64,000 bases of DNA from an uncultured Alphaproteobacteria bacterium (GTDB taxonomy: Bacteria > Pseudomonadota > Alphaproteobacteria > HIMB59): positions 11,392-75,391 of the forward strand of contig CACJAI010000005.1 in the NCBI GenBank assembly GCA_902591315.1, read 5' to 3'. Every line of letters begins with the position of its first letter. Position 1 is the stretch's first letter. Both the position numbers and the translations under genes were made by a program. The notes beneath the pieces were generated by a model. That model saw only the letters and a list, made by a program, of their open reading frames with translations. It had not been told where the DNA came from and did no database searches. Positions 42,422-52,294 of this stretch are shown here, in pieces.

Positions 42422-43249
42422 ATGAAAAGCAATTTAGCTATATTGAGTTCAGATCAAAAATCAATTGACTTTATAAAAAAAAATAAATTATCAAGCACTC
42501 TTAATCTATATGCTAATAGTTCAAGAAATATTGAGATAGCACAGAAATTTGCTGAGACTCACAATTTCAAAAAATATTATGGTGCTTATGAAGATCTTAT
42601 TAGAGACAAAGGTGTAGATATTGTTTTAAATTTTTTACCTTCTGGTATCAAGTTTGAATATATTTATCTTTGTCTAAAAAATAATATTAAAGTTATAACT
42701 GATTACCCAATTGTAAGTAGTTCAAATGACCTTAAATATTATAATAAATTGATTAATTCAAATTTAATTAATAACCTTTTTTTAATTGATGAAACAAATA
42801 TTAAAAAACTATACGAGGACTCATTAAAACAAAAAATTATTAATTACACAAAATCTATTCAAAATCTTAATAAGTTTCAGAATAGTTTATACAGTAGAGA
42901 TGTTTTGTTTGAATTATGCCCTGAGCTTTTTTACTTAATTTACCGATATCGTGAAAAAAAAATATCAATTTTTAAACATGAAAAAATTTTTGATAAGATT
43001 ACTAACAAATTATCTAACTTTAATTGCTGTATTGAGATTAATAATAATTTAAATATTAACGTTATGTTAACTAGTAATTTAGAAAATAATTTAAACAATT
43101 TAGGTAAACAAAAGGAATTTAAGCTCAATATACCAATATATAACCTCAAAGATCTAAATTCTTTTATAAATTCAAAAAATTCTTTTGAAAATTTATCTAT
43201 TTTTACATATTATCCGTACAAATTATTTCAAGAGGTTCTTTATGAGTGA
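42422..43249 (+). CDS. Degenerate Gfo/Idh/MocA-like protein
   Basis: SRN-x-x-x-AQKFA...YYGAYEDLI-x-D-x-x-VDIV resembles the family N-terminus; GxGxxG and EKP motifs not retained. Confidence 0.6.
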   Translation: MKSNLAILSSDQKSIDFIKKNKLSSTLNLYANSSRNIEIAQKFAETHNFKKYYGAYEDLIRDKGVDIVLNFLPSGIKFEYIYLCLKNNIKVITDYPIVSSSNDLKYYNKLINSNLINNLFLIDETNIKKLYEDSLKQKIINYTKSIQNLNKFQNSLYSRDVLFELCPELFYLIYRYREKKISIFKHEKIFDKITNKLSNFNCCIEINNNLNINVMLTSNLENNLNNLGKQKEFKLNIPIYNLKDLNSFINSKNSFENLSIFTYYPYKLFQEVLYE

Positions 43250-43544
43250 AAATATTACATTCGCAGTCTCAGGTTCTGAAACTTACTATCACAAGGATTG
43301 GTTAAAATCTAAAGGTTTTAAATGGGTAGCATCTTCAAAAAAATGGGAAAAACTAAATATACTAGAGACTGAGGCAGATCAATTATCTGAATATTGCAGG
43401 GAGTTTGGACTCTATTACGAAAGATCAGACAAAGGTATGCCAAAATTTGATTATGAGAGTTACTTATGGGATGGCAATATTCCAGATAAATCTATTTGGT
43501 ATGAAGAAAAGAGTCTTCCAAGTTCAACAAATAAAGAAGATTAG
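43242..43544 (+). CDS. Hypothetical 100-aa protein with DUF5710-like N-terminus
   Basis: ATG 43242 preceded by GAGGT; TYYHKDWLKSKGFKW...KKW pattern. Confidence 0.7.
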   Translation: MSENITFAVSGSETYYHKDWLKSKGFKWVASSKKWEKLNILETEADQLSEYCREFGLYYERSDKGMPKFDYESYLWDGNIPDKSIWYEEKSLPSSTNKED

Positions 43545-43630
43545 TGAATTAAAACTGAAAATATTCCATAAAAAAAGAAGATCAAAGCTACTACTAAAGC
43601 AAAATAATATGGTGCTTTGTTTCTATTCAT
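43541..43630 (-). CDS. Putative 29-aa single-TM small protein MNRNKAPYYFALVVALIFFFYGIFSVLIH
   Basis: ATG-to-TAA ORF of exactly 90 nt filling the gap between flanking genes; basic N-terminus and ~21 consecutive uncharged, mostly hydrophobic residues. Confidence 0.55.
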   Translation of the reverse strand: MNRNKAPYYFALVVALIFFFYGIFSVLIH

Positions 43631-43632
43631 AA

Positions 43633-44775
43633 ATGAAGCCATTATTACCAAATACTTATGTGCTTAACAATAAATATCTACAATCAATAATTTCACCTAG
43701 TACAGATATCATTGACTATAATTTTACTTCTGATCAGATCCACAAGCTCAATCTTTTACAAATTCTAAGGCCTGATATTTATTTTAATAAGAAACTCTCT
43801 GATAATGAATTTTTTGATTTATCAAAGAAATATTACCAAAGACTTATTGATGAAAAAATTATATATAAATCTGAAAATGAATATTTTTTATATAGAATAG
43901 ACTCTGACAGTCATTCGCAAACTGGGTTAATTTCTTTGTTAAATATACAAGACTACATAAATAGAAATATAAAGCCCCATGAAAAAATTTTAGTTAGTAA
44001 AGGCAAAGAAAGAGCTGATCAATTATCTAAAGTAAAATTTCAATTGTGCCCAATTTACCTTTTTTACGATGATGAAAATATAGATTTAAATCTTGATATT
44101 CATCATGATAAAAAACCACTAATAAAGTTTAAATCTGGTAAGTACACTCACTCAATATACAAGACTAACACCGATTTCACTGGTATTAATTTTAAGGAAC
44201 TTTTTGTTGCAGATGGCCATCATAGAATAGAAGGCTTTGCTCAATTAGATGTTAATAAAGATACAAAATTTCTATCTATTGTTTTTCCAAAATCTAAATG
44301 TTTAAACCTAGCATACAATAGAAGTGTTAAATTTCCAGATGCCTACAATAAAGATTCGTTCATATCTGACTTAAAAACATACTTCTATGTGGAAGAGCTA
44401 AAATATCATGAGAAGATAGATCGCTTTTTTGTAATCTACTATCAGGGTAAATATTTTAAAATAGATTTGAAAAACGATTTCTCCACAAATGGCGCTGACT
44501 GTATTGATTTTGGTGAGTTTGTTTTGAAGGAAATATTGGATATTCAGGACGAAACTAGTGATCAAAGGGTCGAATTCGTCCCACCCTCATTAGGCACTGA
44601 TTATTTGATTAATCAAGTTGATACGGGTATAACAGATTTATCAACATTAATGAGACCAGTTAGCATGGATTTAGTGATAGAATACTCTAAAAATTTGAAA
44701 TTTATGCCACCCAAAGCTACCTGGTTTGAACCCAAACCACTAGATGGTTTATTTTTTTACAAAATTATTGAATAG
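43633..44775 (+). CDS. DUF1015 family protein
   Basis: IKPHEK, VADGHHR, YNR, MPPKATWFEPKP-x-DGL; directly upstream of serC-serA. Confidence 0.9.
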   Translation: MKPLLPNTYVLNNKYLQSIISPSTDIIDYNFTSDQIHKLNLLQILRPDIYFNKKLSDNEFFDLSKKYYQRLIDEKIIYKSENEYFLYRIDSDSHSQTGLISLLNIQDYINRNIKPHEKILVSKGKERADQLSKVKFQLCPIYLFYDDENIDLNLDIHHDKKPLIKFKSGKYTHSIYKTNTDFTGINFKELFVADGHHRIEGFAQLDVNKDTKFLSIVFPKSKCLNLAYNRSVKFPDAYNKDSFISDLKTYFYVEELKYHEKIDRFFVIYYQGKYFKIDLKNDFSTNGADCIDFGEFVLKEILDIQDETSDQRVEFVPPSLGTDYLINQVDTGITDLSTLMRPVSMDLVIEYSKNLKFMPPKATWFEPKPLDGLFFYKIIE

Positions 44776-44804
44776 TTCAAAAACGCTAAGGAGAAATATT
44801 AATT

Positions 44805-45965
44805 ATGCAAAAACCTACCATTAAACCAAATCATCCATACTTTTCCTCAGGACCTTGTTCAAAAAGGCCTGGATGGAAGTTAGAAGCTTTAAACGATGCC
44901 GTTTTGGGTAGATCGCATAGAGCAAAAAGCGGTAAGGCAAAACTCAATGAAGTAATTGTTAAATCGAAGCAAGTTTTAGAGTTACCAGATGATTATTTAG
45001 TAGGTATCGTTCCTGCCTCTGATACTGGTGCAATAGAAATGGCTATGTGGAGCCTTCTAGGTTTAAAAGATGTAGAAGTATGTGGTTGGGAAACTTTTGG
45101 TCTAACATGGGTAAAGGATATTACAAAACAGTTAAAATTAGATAATGTAACAGTTCATAAAACTGATAATTATGGCGAACTCCCTGATTTGTCAAAAGTA
45201 AATTTTGATAATGATGTTGTTTTTACATGGAATGGCACTACTTCAGGTGTATGCATTCCCAATGCAGATTGGATACCAGAAAATAGATTAGGTTTATCTA
45301 TTTGTGATGCTACTTCAGCAGTTTTTGCCATGGATATGGACTTTAAAAAATTAGATGTTGTGACTTGGTCATGGCAAAAAGTTTTGGGAGGAGAGGCTGC
45401 ACACGGTATGATTGCTCTATCACCAAGAGCAGTTGAAAGACTTGAAACTTATGAACCATCTTGGCCAATGCCTAAAATTTTTCAATTAGCTAAAAATAAG
45501 AAGTTTTCCAAAGAAATTTTTGAAGGAGCTACTATAAATACTCCCTCCTTACTCGCTGCAGAAGATGCATTGGATGCATTGAATTGGTGTATTGAAATAG
45601 GTGGGCAAAAAGAATTAATATCTAGATCAAAAAAAAATCTTCAAGTCATTAAGAACTGGATTGAACAGAGAGATTGGGTAGAATTTTTAGCTGTTGACCC
45701 AAAAACATATTCTTCAACAAGTATATGTTTTAAGTTTACACATCCTGATTTTGTAGCTTTAGATAGTGATAATCAAAAAAAACTTGTGAAAGAAATATGC
45801 TCTACATTAGAGAAAGAGGACGCTGGGTACGATATTAATGCATATAAAGATGCACCAGCTGGTATTAGAATTTGGGGAGGTGCAACTGTTGAAGCCTCTG
45901 ATATTGAAAAAGTTTTACCATGGATTGAATGGTCTTTTTTTGAAACAATGGGAAGGTATAAATAA
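44805..45965 (+). CDS. serC: Phosphoserine aminotransferase (alphaproteobacterial type)
   Basis: [24 protein letters not shown]-x-EMA-x-W, [22 protein letters not shown]; AAGGAG RBS. Confidence 0.96.
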   Translation: MQKPTIKPNHPYFSSGPCSKRPGWKLEALNDAVLGRSHRAKSGKAKLNEVIVKSKQVLELPDDYLVGIVPASDTGAIEMAMWSLLGLKDVEVCGWETFGLTWVKDITKQLKLDNVTVHKTDNYGELPDLSKVNFDNDVVFTWNGTTSGVCIPNADWIPENRLGLSICDATSAVFAMDMDFKKLDVVTWSWQKVLGGEAAHGMIALSPRAVERLETYEPSWPMPKIFQLAKNKKFSKEIFEGATINTPSLLAAEDALDALNWCIEIGGQKELISRSKKNLQVIKNWIEQRDWVEFLAVDPKTYSSTSICFKFTHPDFVALDSDNQKKLVKEICSTLEKEDAGYDINAYKDAPAGIRIWGGATVEASDIEKVLPWIEWSFFETMGRYK

Positions 45966-46906
45966 TGAAGATTTTAATTTCTGATAAGATGAGTGATAAG
46001 GTTGAAGATGTTTTAAAATCTAAACAAATTGATTATGACATTAAGACTGGTATGTCTCCTGAGGAACTTAAAGATGTAATTGATCAATATGATGGAATTT
46101 TAATTAGATCTGCAACTAAACTAACTTCTGATATATTAGCAGACTGTAAGAATCTCAAAGTTATCGGTAGAGCAGGAGTTGGTGTTGATAATGTTGACCT
46201 AGACCAAGCAACTAAAAATAGGATCTTAGTGATGAATACGCCTTTAGGAAATTTAGAAGCAACAGCTGAGTTAAGTGTTGGTTTAATGTTTTCAATTATG
46301 AGAAATATTCATTTAGCAAATGACTCAACTCATCAGGGTAAATGGGAAAAACCTAAGTTTATTGGCACAGAACTTAAAGGAAAAACACTAGGAATTGTGG
46401 GATATGGTAACATAGGTCAAAGAGTGGCTGAAATATGCTCAACAATTGGAATGAAAATCATAACTAATTCTAAATCAGCAAGTGAGCAAGATTTATTAAA
46501 GTTTGATGCAAAAAAAGTATCAACTGAACAATTAATTAAGGAGTCTGATATTATCTCTCTTCATACAAAATTAAATGAGGAAACAAAATATATGATTAAC
46601 AAAGATAGTTTATCAACAATGAAACAATCATCAGTGATCATAAACTGTGCAAGGGGTGGTTTGATAAATGAGTCTGATTTAAAGGATGCACTAAATAATG
46701 AAATTATAGCTGGTGCAGCAATTGACGTTTATGAAAGTGAACCTGCAACAGATAATGTAATGTTTGGAGCTAAGAATTTACTTTTAACACCTCACTTGGG
46801 TGCTTCCTCAAAAGAGGCTCAATCTAATGTAGCTATAGATGTAGCAAACCAAGTAGCCGATTTCTTAAAAGATAATAAGATTGTAAATAATGTTAATTCT
46901 ATTTAA
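45965..46906 (+). CDS. serA: D-3-phosphoglycerate dehydrogenase, short form without regulatory domains
   Basis: IRSATK, GRAGVGVDNVD, NTP, GYGNIG, NCARGG, DVYE-x-EP, TPHLGAS-x-x-EAQ; coupled to serC. Confidence 0.92.
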   Translation: MKILISDKMSDKVEDVLKSKQIDYDIKTGMSPEELKDVIDQYDGILIRSATKLTSDILADCKNLKVIGRAGVGVDNVDLDQATKNRILVMNTPLGNLEATAELSVGLMFSIMRNIHLANDSTHQGKWEKPKFIGTELKGKTLGIVGYGNIGQRVAEICSTIGMKIITNSKSASEQDLLKFDAKKVSTEQLIKESDIISLHTKLNEETKYMINKDSLSTMKQSSVIINCARGGLINESDLKDALNNEIIAGAAIDVYESEPATDNVMFGAKNLLLTPHLGASSKEAQSNVAIDVANQVADFLKDNKIVNNVNSI

Positions 46907-47468
46907 ATTTTTTTAAATACTCATAAATTGAAATTTTTGTTAAAACGTTTTGTATAGATTTACTCTTATTAATTTTTTTTAAATCACTTAAACTCAACTT
47001 AAAAATCTTAATCTCTTCATTTTCAAACTTATTATAAAGTGATTTAAGTTTAATTTTTTCAACTTCAGCATAGTAAACATGAACTATTTCATCCGAGTAG
47101 CCTGGGACTGGGCAATAAGTTGTTAATTTAAAAATTTTTTTTGTTTTAACACCAATTTCTTCTTTAATTTCTCTTTTTAAAGCAGTAATTAATGATTCAT
47201 CTTTACCAACTAATCCACCCACAATTTCGTATTTTAATTTTTTATTTCTGACAAAGTAAAATGGTCTAAATTGTTTAATCAAATAAAATTTTTTTTCTTC
47301 AGGGCTAAAACATAGAGCAAATACAACATCTCCAATATTTAATATTTCTCTAAAAATTTTGTAAGGTTTGATTGTCTTATTGTAGCTACGTATTAAAAAA
47401 TGGTAATTCCAGAACTTAAAAAAATTGTTTGATAGTAGATTTTTTTTTATTTTAGTTACTTTTTGCAT
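46899..47468 (-). CDS. Nudix hydrolase, ADP-ribose pyrophosphatase-like
   Basis: LIKQFR, Nudix box GG-x5-ES-x-x-x-ALKREIKEEIG, PGYSDE, E-x-EEI. Confidence 0.85.
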   Translation of the reverse strand: MQKVTKIKKNLLSNNFFKFWNYHFLIRSYNKTIKPYKIFREILNIGDVVFALCFSPEEKKFYLIKQFRPFYFVRNKKLKYEIVGGLVGKDESLITALKREIKEEIGVKTKKIFKLTTYCPVPGYSDEIVHVYYAEVEKIKLKSLYNKFENEEIKIFKLSLSDLKKINKSKSIQNVLTKISIYEYLKKFK

Positions 47469-47481
47469 GACATTTAACTGT

Positions 47482-47511
47482 TTGACTATTTATAAGACAA
47501 AAGTATATATA
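47482..47511 (+). promoter_or_regulatory. Probable sigma70 promoter of tRNA-Pro
   Basis: TTGACT at 47482-47487 with TATATA 16-18 nt downstream, just before the tRNA. Confidence 0.5.
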
Positions 47512-47520
47512 TTCAATACT

Positions 47521-47598
<78 letters not shown>

Positions 47599-47607
47599 GA
47601 ATAAAAA

Positions 47608-47916
47608 ATGAAAAAAGTTACAATTAAGCGTCCCTCAAAAACTAATATGCAGTCAGGTTTAAAAAAAACTAAATTGTGGATTATAGAATTTGATTTTGAC
47701 CCTAGCCTCCAAAAAGATGTCTTAATGGGTTGGAATAGCTCAAAAAACACTACTAAACAATTAAAACTTAATTTTGATAATCTAGATGACGCTATTTTAT
47801 GGTGTCAAAAGAACTCATATCAATACAGGATTGTTGATCAAACCTATAAATCAATAAAACCAAAGAATTATGCAAGTAATTTCTCAAATAACAGAAAAAC
47901 TTCTTGGACTCACTAG
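47608..47916 (+). CDS. ETC complex I subunit (NDUFS4-like)
   Basis: I-x-RPSKT-x-MQSG, W-x-x-EF, D-x-LMGW-x-SS-x-x-T-x-x-Q-x-x-L-x-F, YA-x-NF...WTH. Confidence 0.92.
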   Translation: MKKVTIKRPSKTNMQSGLKKTKLWIIEFDFDPSLQKDVLMGWNSSKNTTKQLKLNFDNLDDAILWCQKNSYQYRIVDQTYKSIKPKNYASNFSNNRKTSWTH

Positions 47917-47989
47917 TAATTAAATATTCATTTTTTCAAATATAATACTATTATCTCTGCATAATTATTAATTTATAAGGGGGAAAGAA

Positions 47990-49165
47990 ATGATTAAGTT
48001 CATTACTACTCTGCTTGCTTTATTTATGTTTAGCACGTCATACGCTAAAGAAGTTAAAGTTGGCATTATTTTAGGTTTTACAGGACCTATTGAATCATTA
48101 ACGCCGGGTATGGCTGCAGGCGCTGAGTTAGCTTTTAATGAAGCTTCAGACTCAGGCGCATTATTAGGTGGTTCAACTGTTAGCTCAATTAGAGCTGACT
48201 CAACTTGTATAGACTCAGCAGCGGCAGCATCTGCAGCTGAATTTTTAATTTCACAAGGTGTTACAGCAATTATGGGAGCAGACTGTTCTGGTGTTACAGG
48301 TGCAGTTCTTTCAAATGTAGCTGTTCCAAATGGTGTACCAATGATTTCACCATCTGCAACATCACCAGCATTAACCACTGCCGAAGATAATGGACTGTTT
48401 TTTAGAACAGCTCCATCAGATGCAAGAGGTGGAGAGGTTTTAGCAGACATTACTAGCGATAGAGGTATTTCAAGTGTTGCTATTACATACGTTAACACTG
48501 ATTATGGTGTTGGCTTAGCAGATGTTTATGAAGCTGCAGCTATTGCTAGAGGCATTGAAGTAACAGCTAAAACTGCTCATGAAGGTGATAAGGCAGACTA
48601 TAGTGCTGAAGTTGGTGTTCTTTCATCAGCTGGTGGAGATGCCTTAGTCGTTATTGGTTACTTAGATCAAGGTGGTAATCAAATTATTCAAGGTTCACTT
48701 GATAGTGGTGCTTTTGATACATTTGTTCTTTCTGATGGTATGATTGGTGAGTCATTGACTGATACTTTTGGTACTGATCTTGATGGTTCTTTTGGTTCAA
48801 TGCCAGGTTCTCTTGGTGCTGGTGCTATGAAATTTAAGGCATATGCCGAAGCTAATGGTGTTGATCCATCAGTTTATGTTGGAGAGTCATATGACGCTGC
48901 TGCATTGATTATGCTAGCAATGTGTAAAGGTAAATCAGATGACAGTGCTTCAATAGCAGCAAATATTATGAGCGTAGCTAATGGTCCAGGTACCAAAATT
49001 TATGCAGGTGAATTAAAGAAAGGTCTTGAACTAGCTTGCGCAGGATTTGCCGTAGACTATGACGGAGCAACAGATGTTAACTTTACTGAAGTAGGAGAGG
49101 CATTTGGAGCATTCCTTGAAAAAGGAATCGAAGGCGGTCAATTTACTGACGTAGCACAAAGATAA
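47990..49165 (+). CDS. Branched-chain amino acid-type (LivJ-like) ABC substrate-binding protein
   Basis: Signal peptide ending SYA, GFTGPIESL, GADCSGVT, ISPSATSPALT, FFRTAPSDAR; GGGGG RBS; strong codon bias. Confidence 0.92.
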   Translation: MIKFITTLLALFMFSTSYAKEVKVGIILGFTGPIESLTPGMAAGAELAFNEASDSGALLGGSTVSSIRADSTCIDSAAAASAAEFLISQGVTAIMGADCSGVTGAVLSNVAVPNGVPMISPSATSPALTTAEDNGLFFRTAPSDARGGEVLADITSDRGISSVAITYVNTDYGVGLADVYEAAAIARGIEVTAKTAHEGDKADYSAEVGVLSSAGGDALVVIGYLDQGGNQIIQGSLDSGAFDTFVLSDGMIGESLTDTFGTDLDGSFGSMPGSLGAGAMKFKAYAEANGVDPSVYVGESYDAAALIMLAMCKGKSDDSASIAANIMSVANGPGTKIYAGELKKGLELACAGFAVDYDGATDVNFTEVGEAFGAFLEKGIEGGQFTDVAQR

Positions 49166-49177
49166 TATCTAATTTTT

Positions 49178-49204
49178 AGCCCCACCTTTATGGTGGGGCT
49201 TTTA
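49178..49204 (+). terminator. Rho-independent terminator after the SBP gene
   Basis: 9-bp stem AGCCCCACC/GGTGGGGCT, 5-nt loop, followed by a T run; between convergent genes. Confidence 0.85.
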
Positions 49205-49214
49205 TACATTACTG

Positions 49215-50585
49215 TCAATTTTTTATAATCTTCTCTGGTAATAACCCTTTTGGCCGATATCTCATAACTAGTAAAAGCCCAAGACCCATCATTAAATATC
49301 TAAAGTATGGAACACTATTTACTAAATGTTCTCTGATGTAATTAGTTTCATCTAAATGGCTTGTGAACATGTTGATTACTAGTAGTGCAAAAGGAGCTGA
49401 TTGTATCCATATAAACCAAACAACAAAACCTCCTAATATAGCTCCATAATTATTCCCTGTACCACCCAATAAGACCATAACCCATATTAAAAAAGTATAT
49501 CTTAAAGGTTGATAGCTTGATGGAGTGAAAAGGCCATCATATGTAACTAACATTGCGCCTGCAAATCCAATAATTGCAGATCCCAACATAAAAATAAATA
49601 AGTGCTGCTTTACGACATTTTTACCCATCGCTTTTGCTGCCTCTTCATTATCTCTTATGGCTCTCATCATCCTACCCCACGGAGAGTTCAGGGCTTTCTC
49701 AGAAAAATATAGAATTATTAATACAACAGCTAAAAAGATTAGACTAAAGCATAACTTTACAAAAACCCCAGAAGAGGAGATTACAAGTTGATTAAGTAAA
49801 GAGGTTCTTTCGTCTAAATTCAAGACATTTGATAATGTTGAAGAGTTTAAAAACTCGATAAGTCTTATAAACCACTCAGAGTTTTGTAAATCCACTTCAT
49901 ATGGAACTGGTCTCTTTAAACCAATAACATTCTTTACTCCTCTTGATAGCCACTCCTCATGTTTGACAATTGTTATAATTATTCCAGAGACTAGCAAAGT
50001 TGATATAGCTAAATAGTCAGACCTTAATCCTAAACAAACTTTTCCTACAACAAAAGCTACTAGGGCACACATAATTGCACCAACAAACCATGAAAATATA
50101 ATTGGCAAATTAGCTCCACCTAAAAAACCTGATGTCGCTGCATTAATTGACTCGATTTTACTAATTGATGGTCCAGCTATAAATTTAAGTAATGGTATAG
50201 ATAAAATTATGATTACGAATATAAAATAATTTTTATATTTATGATTAGGAAATCTTTTATTAATTAATAAAATACTTAAAATAACTGCTAATAAAAATAA
50301 ACCTGAAACTAAAATTCCAATACCGCCTGCACTCCAAGCTTCAGGAACAGGGGGAACTGATATTAAAACAGTTGCTAAACCCCCTACGGCCAAAAAACCC
50401 ATTACACCAAAATTAATTAAACCAGCAAAACCCCATTGAATATTTACTCCCATCGCCATTACAGCAGAAATAAGACAGAGATTTAACATTGATAATGCAA
50501 TACCCCATGATTGAAATAAACCTACTAAAATGGTTAAAACAGTCATTACTGAGAAACAAATTTTAAAGTCAGAATTTTTGATCAT
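49215..50585 (-). CDS. Liv-type ABC permease (LivM-like)
   Basis: GVNIQWG-x-AGL-x-NFG, LRSDYLAI, SPWGRMMRAIRDNE, GG-x-GNN-x-GA, RPKGLLPE. Confidence 0.9.
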   Translation of the reverse strand: MIKNSDFKICFSVMTVLTILVGLFQSWGIALSMLNLCLISAVMAMGVNIQWGFAGLINFGVMGFLAVGGLATVLISVPPVPEAWSAGGIGILVSGLFLLAVILSILLINKRFPNHKYKNYFIFVIIILSIPLLKFIAGPSISKIESINAATSGFLGGANLPIIFSWFVGAIMCALVAFVVGKVCLGLRSDYLAISTLLVSGIIITIVKHEEWLSRGVKNVIGLKRPVPYEVDLQNSEWFIRLIEFLNSSTLSNVLNLDERTSLLNQLVISSSGVFVKLCFSLIFLAVVLIILYFSEKALNSPWGRMMRAIRDNEEAAKAMGKNVVKQHLFIFMLGSAIIGFAGAMLVTYDGLFTPSSYQPLRYTFLIWVMVLLGGTGNNYGAILGGFVVWFIWIQSAPFALLVINMFTSHLDETNYIREHLVNSVPYFRYLMMGLGLLLVMRYRPKGLLPEKIIKN

Positions 50586-51592
50586 ATGACTTTTCCTTTA
50601 AAGATACCATTTGGCCTAAAAATAAGAACCACTATCAATATTGCAAAAGAGATCGCGAATTTATAATCAGTAGAGATAAATTGTATTAGTGTGCTTGGTT
50701 CTAAACCTTCAGGCATGATGTACTTAAAAAATTTTTTATACGCATAGGTAAGGCCTATTTCAGAGAAAGCAATTAGAAAGCCCCCATAAAATGCACCTAA
50801 AGGATTTCCAATACCACCAACAATTGTTGCTGCAAAAATAGGAAGAAGGTTATTAAAATAAGTAAATGGCTTAAAACTTTTATCCAATCCATACAAAGTT
50901 CCAGCGACAGTTGCTAAAATTGAAACGATTATCCAGGTCAGTAAAACAATTTTTTTTGGATCAATACCTGATAGCAAAGCTAAATCCTCATTATTTGAAT
51001 AAGCTCTCATAGATTTGCCTGTTTTTGTTTTATTCAAAAAATAAAAAAGTATGGAGCAAGTAATAATTGTTGTAATTAATGTTATAACTTGAGTTGATTT
51101 TAATGCTAGTCCCTCATTTAACCCTGTCATTTGTTTAAATTCTCTGGCTTTCATAATAAACTTGTGACCATCCATAAAGTTAATATCGTTTGGTCCAATA
51201 ATAATCCTAACCACTGCGTTTAAAACAAACATAATACCAAGACTAACAACTATAAAAGTTACAGGGTCGCTTTTTTTATTTCTGTAATATTCAAATACCG
51301 TTTTGTCAAAAAATAAACTCACTACAATAGTCAATAGGATACCAACTGGTAATGCTAGTAAAGCAGTTGGAAGTAAGCCAAATGTAATTCCTTTTGACTG
51401 TAAAAACCAAGTAACAAGAATTACAATCATCGTTCCAAAAGCCATCAAGTCTCCATAGGCAAAGTTAGCAAATCTTAAAACACCATAAATAAGAGTTACT
51501 CCAATTGCACCCAAAGCCAGCTGAGATCCATAAGTTATTCCAGGCACAATAATAAAGTTTGTAAGAAGTATGATTGAGTTTAAGAAATCCAT
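50582..51592 (-). CDS. Liv-type ABC permease (LivH-like)
   Basis: GAIGVTLIYG-x-LRFANFA-x-GD, GKSMRA, GGIGNP-x-GA, RPNGIF. Confidence 0.9.
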   Translation of the reverse strand: MDFLNSIILLTNFIIVPGITYGSQLALGAIGVTLIYGVLRFANFAYGDLMAFGTMIVILVTWFLQSKGITFGLLPTALLALPVGILLTIVVSLFFDKTVFEYYRNKKSDPVTFIVVSLGIMFVLNAVVRIIIGPNDINFMDGHKFIMKAREFKQMTGLNEGLALKSTQVITLITTIITCSILFYFLNKTKTGKSMRAYSNNEDLALLSGIDPKKIVLLTWIIVSILATVAGTLYGLDKSFKPFTYFNNLLPIFAATIVGGIGNPLGAFYGGFLIAFSEIGLTYAYKKFFKYIMPEGLEPSTLIQFISTDYKFAISFAILIVVLIFRPNGIFKGKVI

Positions 51593-52294
51593 TTACCCAC
51601 CTAAAAAAGCCTTCCTTATCTCTTTATCATTTAGGAGATAGTCACCTTTGCCTTCGTAAGCATTTTTTCCTGTCACTAAAATATAACCTCGGTCAGATAT
51701 TTCTAAAGCTTGGCGGGCATTTTGCTCAACCATTAGTATAGCTATATTTTGTTTTTTTATATTTAGTATGTGCTCAAATAATTCTGTCATAATTACAGGT
51801 GAAACTCCTGCAGTTGGTTCGTCTAGCATTAAAACATTTGGCTCAGTCATTAAAGCTCTGGCTATTGCAACCTGTTGTCGTTGTCCACCTGATAATTCGC
51901 CTGCAAATTGATCTTTTTTCTCTTTAATTATAGGAAATAAATCATACATCTCCTCTAATCTCTTTGATAAATTTGTATCGTTTAAAAAGGCCCCCATCTC
52001 TAAGTTCTCTTTTACTGTTAATTCAGTGAATATATTCTTAATTTGAGGCACAAAGGAGATACCAAGCTTTATTCTATCTTGTGTTTTAAGTTTTGTGATA
52101 TCTTGTCCGTCAAGTACGACATTTCCATTTTTTAAGTCAAGTATACCAAGCATTGCTTTCATTGCTGTCGATTTACCAGCGCCATTAGGTCCTAGAATGG
52201 ATACAATTTCACCTCTATTAACACTAAATGAGCACTCTTCGATAATGTTTACACCTCCATAACCACCTGTTAAATTTGAAGCAGAAAAAAACAT
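51593..52294 (-). CDS. Liv-type ABC ATPase (LivF-like)
   Basis: GPNGAGKST, LSGGQRQ, LDEPTAG, VEQNA. Confidence 0.92.
   Translation of the reverse strand: MFFSASNLTGGYGGVNIIEECSFSVNRGEIVSILGPNGAGKSTAMKAMLGILDLKNGNVVLDGQDITKLKTQDRIKLGISFVPQIKNIFTELTVKENLEMGAFLNDTNLSKRLEEMYDLFPIIKEKKDQFAGELSGGQRQQVAIARALMTEPNVLMLDEPTAGVSPVIMTELFEHILNIKKQNIAILMVEQNARQALEISDRGYILVTGKNAYEGKGDYLLNDKEIRKAFLGG

Noticed and set aside
43405-43632. 75-aa plus-strand ORF
   Set aside because: TTG start inside the 43242-43544 gene, no RBS; its Lys-rich tail is the reverse complement of the hydrophobic small ORF
47968-48498. 176-aa minus-strand ORF
   Set aside because: Antisense shadow of the codon-biased SBP gene; no independent motifs
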